Shown: positions 7,945-16,842, numbered from the stretch's first letter. The stretch is 16,852 bases of DNA from Deltaproteobacteria bacterium TL4 (GCA_051382335.1 JBBCAX010000318.1:1-16852), one strand, 5' to 3'. Program-made: numbers and translations. Notes: generated by a model not told the origin, from the sequence alone.

Positions 7945-10455
7945 TCAACTCAATATATCGCTAAAAGAGATAATATCCTTACGTAGCGCGAACACAATCG
8001 TATCTAGGGCAATGGCCCTGGAATAACGATAGCGGGCACACATATTTCGAATAATATTTTCAGTAAATTTTCTGGTTTCTTCTGGATAACTCTCATACTG
8101 AGCCGTGTCATTCTGCTTATAAAAGAAGGCGTTCCTGAGAAGTTCGGGATTGATATGTTCGTCAACCTTACGATGAGAAAGCATAACGGAGTGCTCTTTT
8201 GCAAAGCACGTCAACAAATTATCATTTTTGGAAGAAACAATCGTTTTGCCAGGCTCTAAATTTAATTCTCCGTCAGCTTGCAAATCCAAAAATTTTTGTG
8301 CAATTTCCTGACGGAATAAATTTTGATTTTTTTCCGCATCAAGAATTTTTTCGATAGAAGACATATAATTGAGGTCAGGTTCTTCAATTTTTTCCCCGGA
8401 GATCGGATCAATAAAGGAGTATTGCGGAATCATTACATGCGAAAAGGCTTTGTTATGAATGGCTCGTGCGAGCAGCGCATGTTGAAGGTAACGACGCAGA
8501 TCCCCTTCTATTTGTTTAGAGTCACGATCGACCGTACAAACCGTAATTTCTTTTTTTAGTGTTGCGGAGTAAAGTGCCTTAACCACGGCTACCAACCCTT
8601 CAAAATCACCATAATCGCCAAAGCCTTCTCTTAATGAAATATTGCCAATTTTCCTGGCTCGGATGGGTTTCCGTTCTTTTCGATACTTGTTATCAATGGA
8701 AAGCCAATGATGCAAATCGGATCCTTCGTCAATAATTCGTTTGAGTTGACTGAGAAAGATCCCCACATGGATTTTTCGGCCATCAGAATTCGCGATGGTA
8801 TTACGCATCACATTTTGGAGTTGCCTGATGGAGATCCCATTGCGTCCTTCGTTGGGATAATGTTCATTCCACAAAAGTCTCATGAACTCATCATCAATTA
8901 AATTTAACTGATCCTCTGTGAATAAATCACTGTTTCTGAGATGCAGCGCATCCGGATGCTGTGTGATATGTTTGGCGTAACTATCCGCGTCATACAAATT
9001 GAGGCCAACACGCAGCGCTTCGTTACGAAAAGGATGCCAGTGAGGTAGCTTCTGAATGGTATGAGTGGGGTCTTCCGTCAAAGAAGAATAGATAAACAAT
9101 TTTTGTTCGGGTGTAATTTCATAAAACAGGTTTTTCTTGGCCTCACTCCAACTTTCCGGCAATTTCTTTTTGGCAGGCGGAAGTAAACGCGTCATCACCG
9201 AATAATAGGAGGCAATTCTCAGCAGATTGGGGTCTACGTCATATTTATGCCGCATATTCGACATATCCCGTTTAAGAATATCCATTTCAGAATTAGCATC
9301 CAGTAAATAATTTACAGGAATTTTTTCAATACGGTCCAAGAGTTTGGAAGACGTCAGTTGACTGTCTAAAAGCTCCATTTCTTCAATATTGGTAGTTAAA
9401 ATGACCGTATTATCCACAGAGGCCTGAGTGGACTCAATGGAAACACGATTACTGCCTAACAGCATGAGTAAGGGCTTATAATCCATTTCGCGATTTTCTT
9501 CTCCATTCACTCCAAACGCGTCATGGACGTGTAAGATCCCCCGATTGGATCCGACGACCGCACCCTCATATTGATATAATAATTTGCCAGGAATATGGGC
9601 ATTGATGATCGCCATGTCCTCGTCTCTCAGATCAAAAGGTTCAATCTGGACCTTCAAATGAGTCATATCATCAATGTTTGAAATGCCCTTCCCTTGGGCG
9701 TTGGAAAACTCAACTTCTTCAATTCTGATATATTCTTCAATGATATCAAACAAACACTTGCCCTGATTCCTGGGATTTTGCATCAGCGCTTCCAGGATAT
9801 CCAAACTTTTCTTATCCAGGTTCGCGTTTTGATAATAAGTGGGAATCATAATTTTCTTACGGGATTCCCGCTTGCTGTTGATGAATTCAAATAATTCCTG
9901 CCGGGGACGACTGACCGTTCCGTCGTTCATCTGTAAAATAGTGGGAAACAGGAGCGTCGGGCTATGTTGAAACGCGGAACGAATTTCAACGCTGCGTCCA
10001 TTGCCATTGTGAAATTCAAAATAGAAAGAATAGAGTCTGGTCGAACGTTGTTTGGTATATTCTTCCAAGGCTTGGGTCATCAAATCGACAATATTGGTCT
10101 TTCCTGAAGCGGGAGGACCCACCAAAACAATTCCGCGGTTGGGACCGGCTTCTTTTTCCGCGGAGTCAATCACATCCACAATGTGTTTAATACAGAATTC
10201 CTGTCCAAAAACAGCATTAATGCCACCATTAAACAAATCTTTGAACACGTTGTAACTGATGACAGGCTCACCACTACGAATGACGATTTCAAAACCAAAA
10301 TATTTAACCGCTTCGGAAATCAATGAGGCTGAGGTGTGTAAGTATCCTTCCGGGCTTTGAATAAACGCTTCAACAAATTCTGTAAATTTAAGATTTTTTT
10401 TACGTGAAGCTCCCAGTAATACCTTATAGTTAAACTCTTCCATGGCGCATTTCAC
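7945..10455 (-). CDS. prkA: PrkA/YeaG-family AAA+ ATPase ('serine protein kinase'), copy 2, 836 aa (alternative ATG start at 10443)
   Basis: AVFGQE..IVD, Walker A GPPASGKT (10096-10119), YEGAVVGSNRGILHVHD (Walker B region), TTN, LLDRIEKIPVNY, EGRNGISIR and YLQH..EEPDLNYMSSIE. The GTG start overlaps the spoVR stop (GTGA). Confidence 0.85.
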   Translation of the reverse strand: MKCAMEEFNYKVLLGASRKKNLKFTEFVEAFIQSPEGYLHTSASLISEAVKYFGFEIVIRSGEPVISYNVFKDLFNGGINAVFGQEFCIKHIVDVIDSAEKEAGPNRGIVLVGPPASGKTNIVDLMTQALEEYTKQRSTRLYSFYFEFHNGNGRSVEIRSAFQHSPTLLFPTILQMNDGTVSRPRQELFEFINSKRESRKKIMIPTYYQNANLDKKSLDILEALMQNPRNQGKCLFDIIEEYIRIEEVEFSNAQGKGISNIDDMTHLKVQIEPFDLRDEDMAIINAHIPGKLLYQYEGAVVGSNRGILHVHDAFGVNGEENREMDYKPLLMLLGSNRVSIESTQASVDNTVILTTNIEEMELLDSQLTSSKLLDRIEKIPVNYLLDANSEMDILKRDMSNMRHKYDVDPNLLRIASYYSVMTRLLPPAKKKLPESWSEAKKNLFYEITPEQKLFIYSSLTEDPTHTIQKLPHWHPFRNEALRVGLNLYDADSYAKHITQHPDALHLRNSDLFTEDQLNLIDDEFMRLLWNEHYPNEGRNGISIRQLQNVMRNTIANSDGRKIHVGIFLSQLKRIIDEGSDLHHWLSIDNKYRKERKPIRARKIGNISLREGFGDYGDFEGLVAVVKALYSATLKKEITVCTVDRDSKQIEGDLRRYLQHALLARAIHNKAFSHVMIPQYSFIDPISGEKIEEPDLNYMSSIEKILDAEKNQNLFRQEIAQKFLDLQADGELNLEPGKTIVSSKNDNLLTCFAKEHSVMLSHRKVDEHINPELLRNAFFYKQNDTAQYESYPEETRKFTENIIRNMCARYRYSRAIALDTIVFALRKDIISFSDILS

Positions 10456-12074
10456 AACTTAAAGGGTTTTTCCGCTTTGTGCATTCGCTCGACAATCTGG
10501 TCGAAGGTTACCGCGGTAACCACGGTTTCTTTAAACAAATTCGCAGAAAAGGTGTATAACCAATTACGAGAAATCAGGGAAACCGGCCCCTTCCACAACA
10601 TATTGAGATTGGTCAGCGTGGGTTTGATCCAGTCCTTGCGTAACTTCCGACCATCATCTCGATGAAATAACAAGAGCCCCCCATCTTGAAAATCGGTATC
10701 AATGAGGTAAATACGGGGACGGTAGAAGTGCGTAAAAAAATTCAGCATTTCCTTCTTGATCGGGACAGGATTCACCCAAACCCATTGCGCATTTTCCTGA
10801 ACCACATCTTCTGCGGAAATTCCCAGGCGCTGTGCTTCCTGTTTATGAATTCGATTTAGATGAAACTCATGGATCAACTCAGGGGTCAAAAAGCGTCTCA
10901 GAAACTCGTAATCGGTTACTGTTTTTAGCAAATGCTCCATTTTCTTCAAAGGATCAGTGTCATCACCTCGGTCCCAATCTTTTCGTGTGGCCTGGTCGGT
11001 TTCCTTCAAGAAGTCCAGCGAAACTTTTCCTTTTTTATAAAGTTCTTCGATATGATTCCAAAGATAAAAACCCAGATGATAGGGATTTCGCTGATAGTAA
11101 GGCCGAGGGTAGCAAACTCCGGAAAAAACCTTGGCATAATCGATAATTCCTTTGACGGATTTTTCCTTAAAAAGTTCAAGCATGATCTTCTTTTCCCAGT
11201 ACATCGCCCAGCCTTCATTCATGATCTGGGTCCGGATGACAAAATCATGGGTTGAATAAACGGTATAAAAATAATCCAATAGGGTTCTTTCCGCCGTACT
11301 GGTAGGTGCGTAGTTTCTCAAGAAACCAATCACATCCTGACAGGGGCTACGGAGTTTATAGCCTTTTCGGCTGATCGTTTCTTTTCGGATTTTTGTTTGA
11401 AGTTCGCGTTTGAGGACATCCGCTGGTGAAATTTCGTGAAACAGCGTTTCAAGCGTGTGGGAATAAGGCTGCATTAAGGGCGTTTTCTGCTCTTCCAATA
11501 GCGTCTGTTTCGGTTCTTGGTGCCGTTCGATAGAATCTGTTTCTATGGATCGGGCAAGATTGTATTGAGAGTGGGGTGCCATTAAGGGAATGGCGGATTC
11601 GCAAGAATTCCAATACTGTCGATAATTGATTTCGCCCATCTGTTGACGAGCCAAATCAACCTTCCGGACCAGGTACATGACATATTCTGTCCGATCAGAA
11701 GTGGAGTCTTTTAAAACATTCAATTCTGAGAATTCACAATGCCCAACGACATGCGCCATAACGGAGGCTTGCATCATGGGAGAATTGGTATCATTCAGAT
11801 AAGCATAGGAGGGACTTCCGGTTTGAACCACCTCATAATATAAGCTGGATTCCTGCCCCGTTTCAATTCTGAATTTTTTAGTCACCATCCGTTTGCCTTC
11901 CCACATATTGATAGGGCTGGTAGGATAGACATGTTTTTCCAACAGGGAGGTGAACTCCATGCGGTTCAAAATAAAGAAGCGAATCTCAGGCAAAGTTCGC
12001 CCAAATTGATGGGCATAATGAAGCACACGTAGTTCTAACTCATAGAGTTCCGCATCCGTTTGAACCCGTCTCAT
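10452..12074 (-). CDS. spoVR: SpoVR/YcgB family protein
   Basis: YYEVVQTGSPSYAYL, VMAHVVGH, TQIMNEGWAMYW, NPYHLG, DYEFLRRFLT and P-I..LLLFH..DGRKL are SpoVR hallmarks. The start overlaps the yeaH stop (ATGA). Confidence 0.92.
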   Translation of the reverse strand: MRRVQTDAELYELELRVLHYAHQFGRTLPEIRFFILNRMEFTSLLEKHVYPTSPINMWEGKRMVTKKFRIETGQESSLYYEVVQTGSPSYAYLNDTNSPMMQASVMAHVVGHCEFSELNVLKDSTSDRTEYVMYLVRKVDLARQQMGEINYRQYWNSCESAIPLMAPHSQYNLARSIETDSIERHQEPKQTLLEEQKTPLMQPYSHTLETLFHEISPADVLKRELQTKIRKETISRKGYKLRSPCQDVIGFLRNYAPTSTAERTLLDYFYTVYSTHDFVIRTQIMNEGWAMYWEKKIMLELFKEKSVKGIIDYAKVFSGVCYPRPYYQRNPYHLGFYLWNHIEELYKKGKVSLDFLKETDQATRKDWDRGDDTDPLKKMEHLLKTVTDYEFLRRFLTPELIHEFHLNRIHKQEAQRLGISAEDVVQENAQWVWVNPVPIKKEMLNFFTHFYRPRIYLIDTDFQDGGLLLFHRDDGRKLRKDWIKPTLTNLNMLWKGPVSLISRNWLYTFSANLFKETVVTAVTFDQIVERMHKAEKPFKL

Positions 12075-13132
12075 TTGCGTTCTCGAAACAAGGTTTTAAT
12101 GATTTCGATCGTTTCTGCCCGGTGGTTAATTTCTCCGAGTCGGATGATCGGATCACGATGAAATTGTGTCGCAATTTGTCGATTGAGCAGGCTCAATCGG
12201 CCTGGTTGAACTTCTACGACACCCATTCGATTAAACACAGGACGGATAGATCCCTCCAGCGTGTTGACGATCTCTTTTGCGTCATCATCAAACAATTCTC
12301 CGTCTCCAAAATAAAATCCGTAATAATTAGTCGTCATGGGATCATATTCATTCACCGCAATTTGATAAACGAGTTTAAAAACTCCTGCGGCTTGGGTTCC
12401 GCCAATATTGGCGACCTTATAAAATTGTTCCTTTTGGACTTCATAGGCCTCCGCGTCGTGTACAAAAAAACGGTGTTCCACATTTTGTGCGCCATAATTA
12501 AAATCCAACCAGTTTTGAATAAAGCTGACCAGGCGTTTTTCGAGCTCTAAACGCTCTCCATACGTGGAGTAGGAAATATCACCCATGTAAAAGACAACCG
12601 CTTTAAATTTGGGTTTTTCTACACGTACCGGCTGTTTGAAGCGTTTATCCCTGCGTCGGATTTGAATGTTATATTTCCCCAGCTCAGGATCGTATTCTCC
12701 AATACCCACACTGGTTTTGAGCGCTCGTTTGAACGTCCTTTTTTTATCCAGGATGGCTCCGATGGGGCCAAAGGTTTTAAATTCGTGTGAAACTTCCTTG
12801 ATCTTACCTTTTCCCTCCTTAATTAAGTTGGGAAGTTTAAGCGTTTCCGCAATCCGTTCCATCAGGTATTGAAACGGAACATTAAACCGGATTTTCCCGC
12901 CGTCTTTTCCAGGACCCCCTTTTCCCGCGCCTTGTCCTTCGCCTTCCTCTCCATAAATGAAGGTCGGCGCGACAATATCGTCCACTTCCACAATAATATC
13001 ACTGCCGCGGTCTCCATAATTGGAAAGATCGCCCTCATTGAGAATATTATTCACCAAATCATCAAGCCGGTCGTGAATAAACTCATTGAACGCGCCTTCG
13101 GATTCATCTGAGGAAATGGTATCTATCGCCAT
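12071..13132 (-). CDS. yeaH: YeaH/YhbH (DUF444/UPF0229) family protein with C-terminal vWA-like domain
   Basis: Gly-rich GEGQGAGKGGPG, LKLPNL, LDKKRT, and MIDAS-like GDISYS..GGT..GDGE. The ATG at 13132 is preferred over the GTG at 13177, which lies inside a hairpin. Confidence 0.88.
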   Translation of the reverse strand: MAIDTISSDESEGAFNEFIHDRLDDLVNNILNEGDLSNYGDRGSDIIVEVDDIVAPTFIYGEEGEGQGAGKGGPGKDGGKIRFNVPFQYLMERIAETLKLPNLIKEGKGKIKEVSHEFKTFGPIGAILDKKRTFKRALKTSVGIGEYDPELGKYNIQIRRRDKRFKQPVRVEKPKFKAVVFYMGDISYSTYGERLELEKRLVSFIQNWLDFNYGAQNVEHRFFVHDAEAYEVQKEQFYKVANIGGTQAAGVFKLVYQIAVNEYDPMTTNYYGFYFGDGELFDDDAKEIVNTLEGSIRPVFNRMGVVEVQPGRLSLLNRQIATQFHRDPIIRLGEINHRAETIEIIKTLFRERK

Positions 13133-13147
13133 AAACCCTTTTAATCC

Positions 13148-13192
13148 AAAAAATAGTACCGATTCTCCTCTCCTCACGGAAGAAAAAATCGG
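13148..13192 (-). terminator. Intra-operon terminator-like hairpin between the coiled-coil gene and yeaH
   Basis: Minus strand CCGATTTTTTCTTCC-GTGA-GGAGAGGAGAATCGG forms a 15-bp stem (10 Watson-Crick, 4 G-U, 1 mismatch) with a GNRA loop, followed by TACTATTTTTT. Confidence 0.6.
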
Positions 13193-13193
13193 A

Positions 13194-13622
13194 TCAAAGC
13201 AGTTTCACCAAAGTGGCAACAGCACCAACCGCCACCACCATCATTCCCCCCAAGCGGATGGTCAATTTCATGCCCATTTCCTCAAGATCGCGTTTGAGTT
13301 CCACTCGAAGTTCTTCAATATCGCGTTTCAACTCAACTCGGACTCCCTCAATATGTTGGGTGTTTCCCATAATATCGTGTTTGAGTTCCACTCGGAGTTC
13401 TTCAATATCACGTTTCAACTCAACTCGGACACCCTCAATATGCTGGGTGTTTCCCATAATATCACGTTTGAGTTCCACTCGAAGTTCTTCAATATCGCGT
13501 TTGGTGGCAATGTTGTCATCAAGAATCGTCTTTAGTGTTTCAGCCTGAACCTTCGCTTGCTCCGACGTAAACCCCACGGTTTGTAGTCTCTCTGAATATT
13601 CCAGAGTGTCAAATATCAGCAT
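13194..13622 (-). CDS. DUF1640/CCDC90-like membrane-anchored coiled-coil protein
   Basis: Head FDTL..L..GF..QA, neck ATKRDI, repetitive coiled-coil stalk and C-terminal TM LTIRLGGMMVVAVGAVATLVKLL. An AAGGA RBS is present. Confidence 0.85.
   Translation of the reverse strand: MLIFDTLEYSERLQTVGFTSEQAKVQAETLKTILDDNIATKRDIEELRVELKRDIMGNTQHIEGVRVELKRDIEELRVELKHDIMGNTQHIEGVRVELKRDIEELRVELKRDLEEMGMKLTIRLGGMMVVAVGAVATLVKLL
13287..13502. repeat. In-frame 87-bp tandem repeat (~2.5 copies) encoding a 29-aa coiled-coil unit
   Basis: Near-identical units start at 13287, 13374 and 13461. The protein unit is KRDIEELRVEL + KRDIMGNTQHIEGVRVEL. Confidence 0.95.
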
Positions 13623-13655
13623 GATTTTCCTTTCTCATAACTCATCGCTCTTGAA

Positions 13656-15875
13656 TTATATTTGTATGCTGGAAGCATTGGCGGTAATGGTTAAGGCTTG
13701 AAAAGCGCATTTCCCGCAATAATGCTTCACATCAACCAAATACTTAATCGTTTCATTGAGTTGATCGTGTTCTTTAACATTAACGTTTGCCGCGCTGGTC
13801 CCACTTTTGATCCAACCCAGTAGCTTCATGTTCTCGCCCGATTTAAATTCATTTTCAAACACAAACTTTTTGATGGCATTCTGGTAAGAAGGTTCATCCG
13901 CCAAAATCACAGCGTAATTCACACTGGAAATGGCGTCACTTAACTCCTTACGGAAAACTTCTTTATCAGGAATGCCCAAATACTGTTCAATCACCTGCAT
14001 GAATTTTTCATCCGGTTGAACATCGGTTTGTGTCACATCATGTTTGACTTTAGCATTATGCGCATACGCTCTGACATGGTCGGTATATTTTTTCCAGGTG
14101 GTTTCAACCACCGAATCGTCTCTTAAAATCGCGCTATAGACATCACTGGCAATTTGTCCAAAGATCCAGCCCTTGGCTTGCGGGAGGATTTTTTCAACAT
14201 AATGTCCCAGTTTCGTTTTTTGAGAGGCAAAGGAATCTTTGAGTGAATTTTCAATTTGTACATATAAATCCAAGGCGGTCACACAGGGATTCGCCAGGGC
14301 GATGGAGGTCAACATCGCATGATCACCAGACTCTTCTTGCAGCTTCTTGATGTTTGCAGCATATTCATTGATTTGAAAATGTTCTGTGGTTTCAAACACA
14401 TTTTGAATAAACCGGGGATCCAGTCCAAAGGTTCCTTCTGAGGGTTTGACAAACTGAAATTCTTCCAGAATCATTTTGGCGACGTTATTATCAACTCCAC
14501 TATCGGCTCGACCCGCATAAATCAACGCTTTTTGCAGTAACGTTAAATTTGGATTTTGTTTTGATTCATAAAGTCGGGACATGGCGGCAATCAAGCTCAG
14601 CATGGGTAAACTATGAGGCGCGACATGAGCTCTGTGTTTTTTCTCTTTACTCCAGTTCTTTTGCTGATTCGAATAGGTGAAAGCATAGATCTGCTCTTCC
14701 TGACGATAGTCCACAGACAAAGGCATTTCAATAAAATTGGTACGGGAGCGTAAGGCCTCAAACGAAGCATTGCCCATGAACATGTTGAATTCGTGAAAAT
14801 TGGTATGTCCGATAATCACACCATTGAAGGGAATGGGCGGTTGACCTTCAGGTTTAAAAAATCGATCTTGAGTGGCGAAAAGTAATTCATAGAGAAATTT
14901 ATCGGATAATTTGAGAATTTCATGGATCTCCACAAACCCATTGGCACCACAGCACAATTCTCCTTTGTAATCATGGACCAAGGGGTGGGATTCACTCCCA
15001 AACCGAGGTAAGAGGCTATAGTCGATATTTCCCACTAAGGACCCGGATTCCTGACTTTTTTCATCCCGTGGCGTGTAGGAACCGATACCTGTCTTGGTAC
15101 GGGCATCATAATACATCCGCCTCACTTTGAGAAAGGGAATGAGATCCGGAAGACGGATCTGCTTGGTCTGCATAAAATCATGCAGCACTTTTTCAGAGTA
15201 AGGGGACATCCAACCCTCTATCTGTATTTTAAATTCATTGTCATAATGAGGATGCTTGTCCAACCATTTTTGAACCAAAGTGGCGTTGACGTTTTTTGTC
15301 AATTCCTTTGAAAATTCCTGACGGATTTCTGCGGGAATGACCTGTAACGGAAGTTCAAAAATGGGACTTTGAATATAGAAGATTCCCTTTTCTTCAAAAA
15401 GCGCACGATCCTTCAAACGCTCATCCACCGTTGGCAGTAACAGCGTAAAGGTTTTTCCCTCTTCCGATCTGGAATACTCATGCAAGGCATGTTTTAATCC
15501 ATCCATGGAGCGTGATTTTGCTGAGCCTGGAGGCCCTAGTAAAATCCATAAACGTTTTGATGCTTCCAACCCCCGACTGGCATTGCTAATTTTTTCAATC
15601 AGATTTTCTTTTGCTTTCTGCTGTCCAAATACGACAAACGGTCCAACCATTTGAGGAGCCTCAAAAAAACTGTAACGATGTTTGATTGGTTTTCCCACTA
15701 CGATTGAATGCTCCACACCACTGGATAACATCATGTCATGCAACAATTGATTCGTGGTTCGTGTGATCCAAGGTTCTTTTTTGACCAGTTCCAAGTAATC
15801 GGTGAAGGGGATCACTTCTTCTGAGGATTCCCTCTCAACGGTCTGACGCAGCAACTTATTTAACGTGGCATCCAT
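13656..15875 (-). CDS. prkA: PrkA/YeaG-family AAA+ ATPase, copy 1 (~739 aa)
   Basis: FTDYLELVKKEP, VFGQ, KRLWILLGPPGSAKS (Walker A 15513-15536), PRDEKSQESGSLVGNID, GELCCGANGFVEIHEILK, IIGHTN, EALRSR, EGTFGLDPRF, PDEKFMQVIE and terminal YCGKCA. The start is moved to ATG 15875 because GGAG lies 8 nt upstream. Confidence 0.9.
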   Translation of the reverse strand: MDATLNKLLRQTVERESSEEVIPFTDYLELVKKEPWITRTTNQLLHDMMLSSGVEHSIVVGKPIKHRYSFFEAPQMVGPFVVFGQQKAKENLIEKISNASRGLEASKRLWILLGPPGSAKSRSMDGLKHALHEYSRSEEGKTFTLLLPTVDERLKDRALFEEKGIFYIQSPIFELPLQVIPAEIRQEFSKELTKNVNATLVQKWLDKHPHYDNEFKIQIEGWMSPYSEKVLHDFMQTKQIRLPDLIPFLKVRRMYYDARTKTGIGSYTPRDEKSQESGSLVGNIDYSLLPRFGSESHPLVHDYKGELCCGANGFVEIHEILKLSDKFLYELLFATQDRFFKPEGQPPIPFNGVIIGHTNFHEFNMFMGNASFEALRSRTNFIEMPLSVDYRQEEQIYAFTYSNQQKNWSKEKKHRAHVAPHSLPMLSLIAAMSRLYESKQNPNLTLLQKALIYAGRADSGVDNNVAKMILEEFQFVKPSEGTFGLDPRFIQNVFETTEHFQINEYAANIKKLQEESGDHAMLTSIALANPCVTALDLYVQIENSLKDSFASQKTKLGHYVEKILPQAKGWIFGQIASDVYSAILRDDSVVETTWKKYTDHVRAYAHNAKVKHDVTQTDVQPDEKFMQVIEQYLGIPDKEVFRKELSDAISSVNYAVILADEPSYQNAIKKFVFENEFKSGENMKLLGWIKSGTSAANVNVKEHDQLNETIKYLVDVKHYCGKCAFQALTITANASSIQI

Positions 15876-15998
15876 ACTTTTATCTCCAGTCTCATCATGG
15901 GTTGTCACCCTGTTTTTTAGCAGTTTGCATTTTTAACAATTGAAACATGAGGGACTCTTTCCTATGGAATAACGTCCCAATTTCACAGTCCTTAGTTG

Positions 15999-16027
15999 AA
16001 TATAACGTGTTCCGTTTCTTTTGTCGA
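15999..16027 (-). promoter_or_regulatory. Candidate sigma-70 promoter for the prkA operon
   Basis: Minus strand TCGACA-N17-TATATT matches each consensus hexamer at 5/6, ~125 bp upstream of the prkA1 ATG. Confidence 0.4.
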
Positions 16028-16115
16028 GAAGTCAAATAACTCCATTACATTTCTCCTACGAATGCCAGAATCGCACCAATAAAGGATATGACGACGAGGC
16101 GTCTCGGTAGGGTTC

Positions 16116-16655
16116 TTAGGACGCGTTTTCTTCTCCAATACAACATTTTTTGAACTTTTTTCCTGATCCACAAGGACAAGGATCATTTCTGCCAACTGTA
16201 AATTGAGAAACTAAAGGTGCGGTTTTGTATTGTTTGTCAATTTCCGTTCTGTAAATCTTATAGTGCTTTTTCAGCCTATCGACATAAAGAGGATCCTCTT
16301 TTAATACAATATCTATTTTTCTCAATAAGGCTGGTGCAAACTTGGATTGAGGACTCAGTAAATTCAAATTAAGACCTACCAAGGAGTCTATTACATTTGG
16401 ATCGTTATCCCCCATCCAATCAATGTAGTATTTCCGTTTTTCCCAACCATAGGTAATGACGGCTAAGCATTTTCTGGTATTTTCTGAAAAAACACTAAAA
16501 AACACACGACGACAATCACAGTTTTCTTCATCACAATAGGCTTCTATAAATGCATATTTATCATCAGGTAATTCAGGATCTCCATATATGGTTAATGATC
16601 TTGTCTCATGTTCCGCAATATCTGGAAACTTTTCATGAAATGGAGCGTAAGGCAT
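16116..16655 (-). CDS. SEC-C (SecA-type metal-binding motif) domain protein
   Basis: C-terminal [19 protein letters not shown], an additional [11 protein letters not shown]ys cluster, and a strong GAGGAGG RBS. Confidence 0.9.
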   Translation of the reverse strand: MPYAPFHEKFPDIAEHETRSLTIYGDPELPDDKYAFIEAYCDEENCDCRRVFFSVFSENTRKCLAVITYGWEKRKYYIDWMGDNDPNVIDSLVGLNLNLLSPQSKFAPALLRKIDIVLKEDPLYVDRLKKHYKIYRTEIDKQYKTAPLVSQFTVGRNDPCPCGSGKKFKKCCIGEENAS

Positions 16656-16842
16656 AAAGTCCTCCTCATAGGTGTTCGGGATTTAACCTAAATGAATTCA
16701 GTTGCATATAATAAACATATGGTGCTAACCTCCGTTTTCAGATAGTCGAGCCTCATCCCTCGTTTTTTGAGAATTGAGTCATAAATTTACGAAAACTGTG
16801 GTATCTTTGGTATTTTTCTAACTCACAATCGGAGATACCACC

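Noticed and set aside
13287..13502. Repeat-spacer-like pattern resembling a mini CRISPR array next to no cas genes
   Set aside because: The 'spacers' are near-identical, and the 87-bp period is in frame within a coiled-coil CDS.
13086..13548. Repetitive plus-strand ORFs of 149 and 111 aa
   Set aside because: Antisense shadows of the tandem repeat in the coiled-coil gene.
16052..16067. TGGCAT upstream of prkA1 as a sigma-54 promoter (by analogy with yeaG)
   Set aside because: No TTGC or GC at the -12 position; the sequence reads TGGCAT-TCGTA-GGAG.
15992..16195. 67-aa ORF overlapping the SEC-C gene end
   Set aside because: It overlaps the real CDS by 80 nt in another frame. Only its last 17 codons have an RBS, and these are reported separately.
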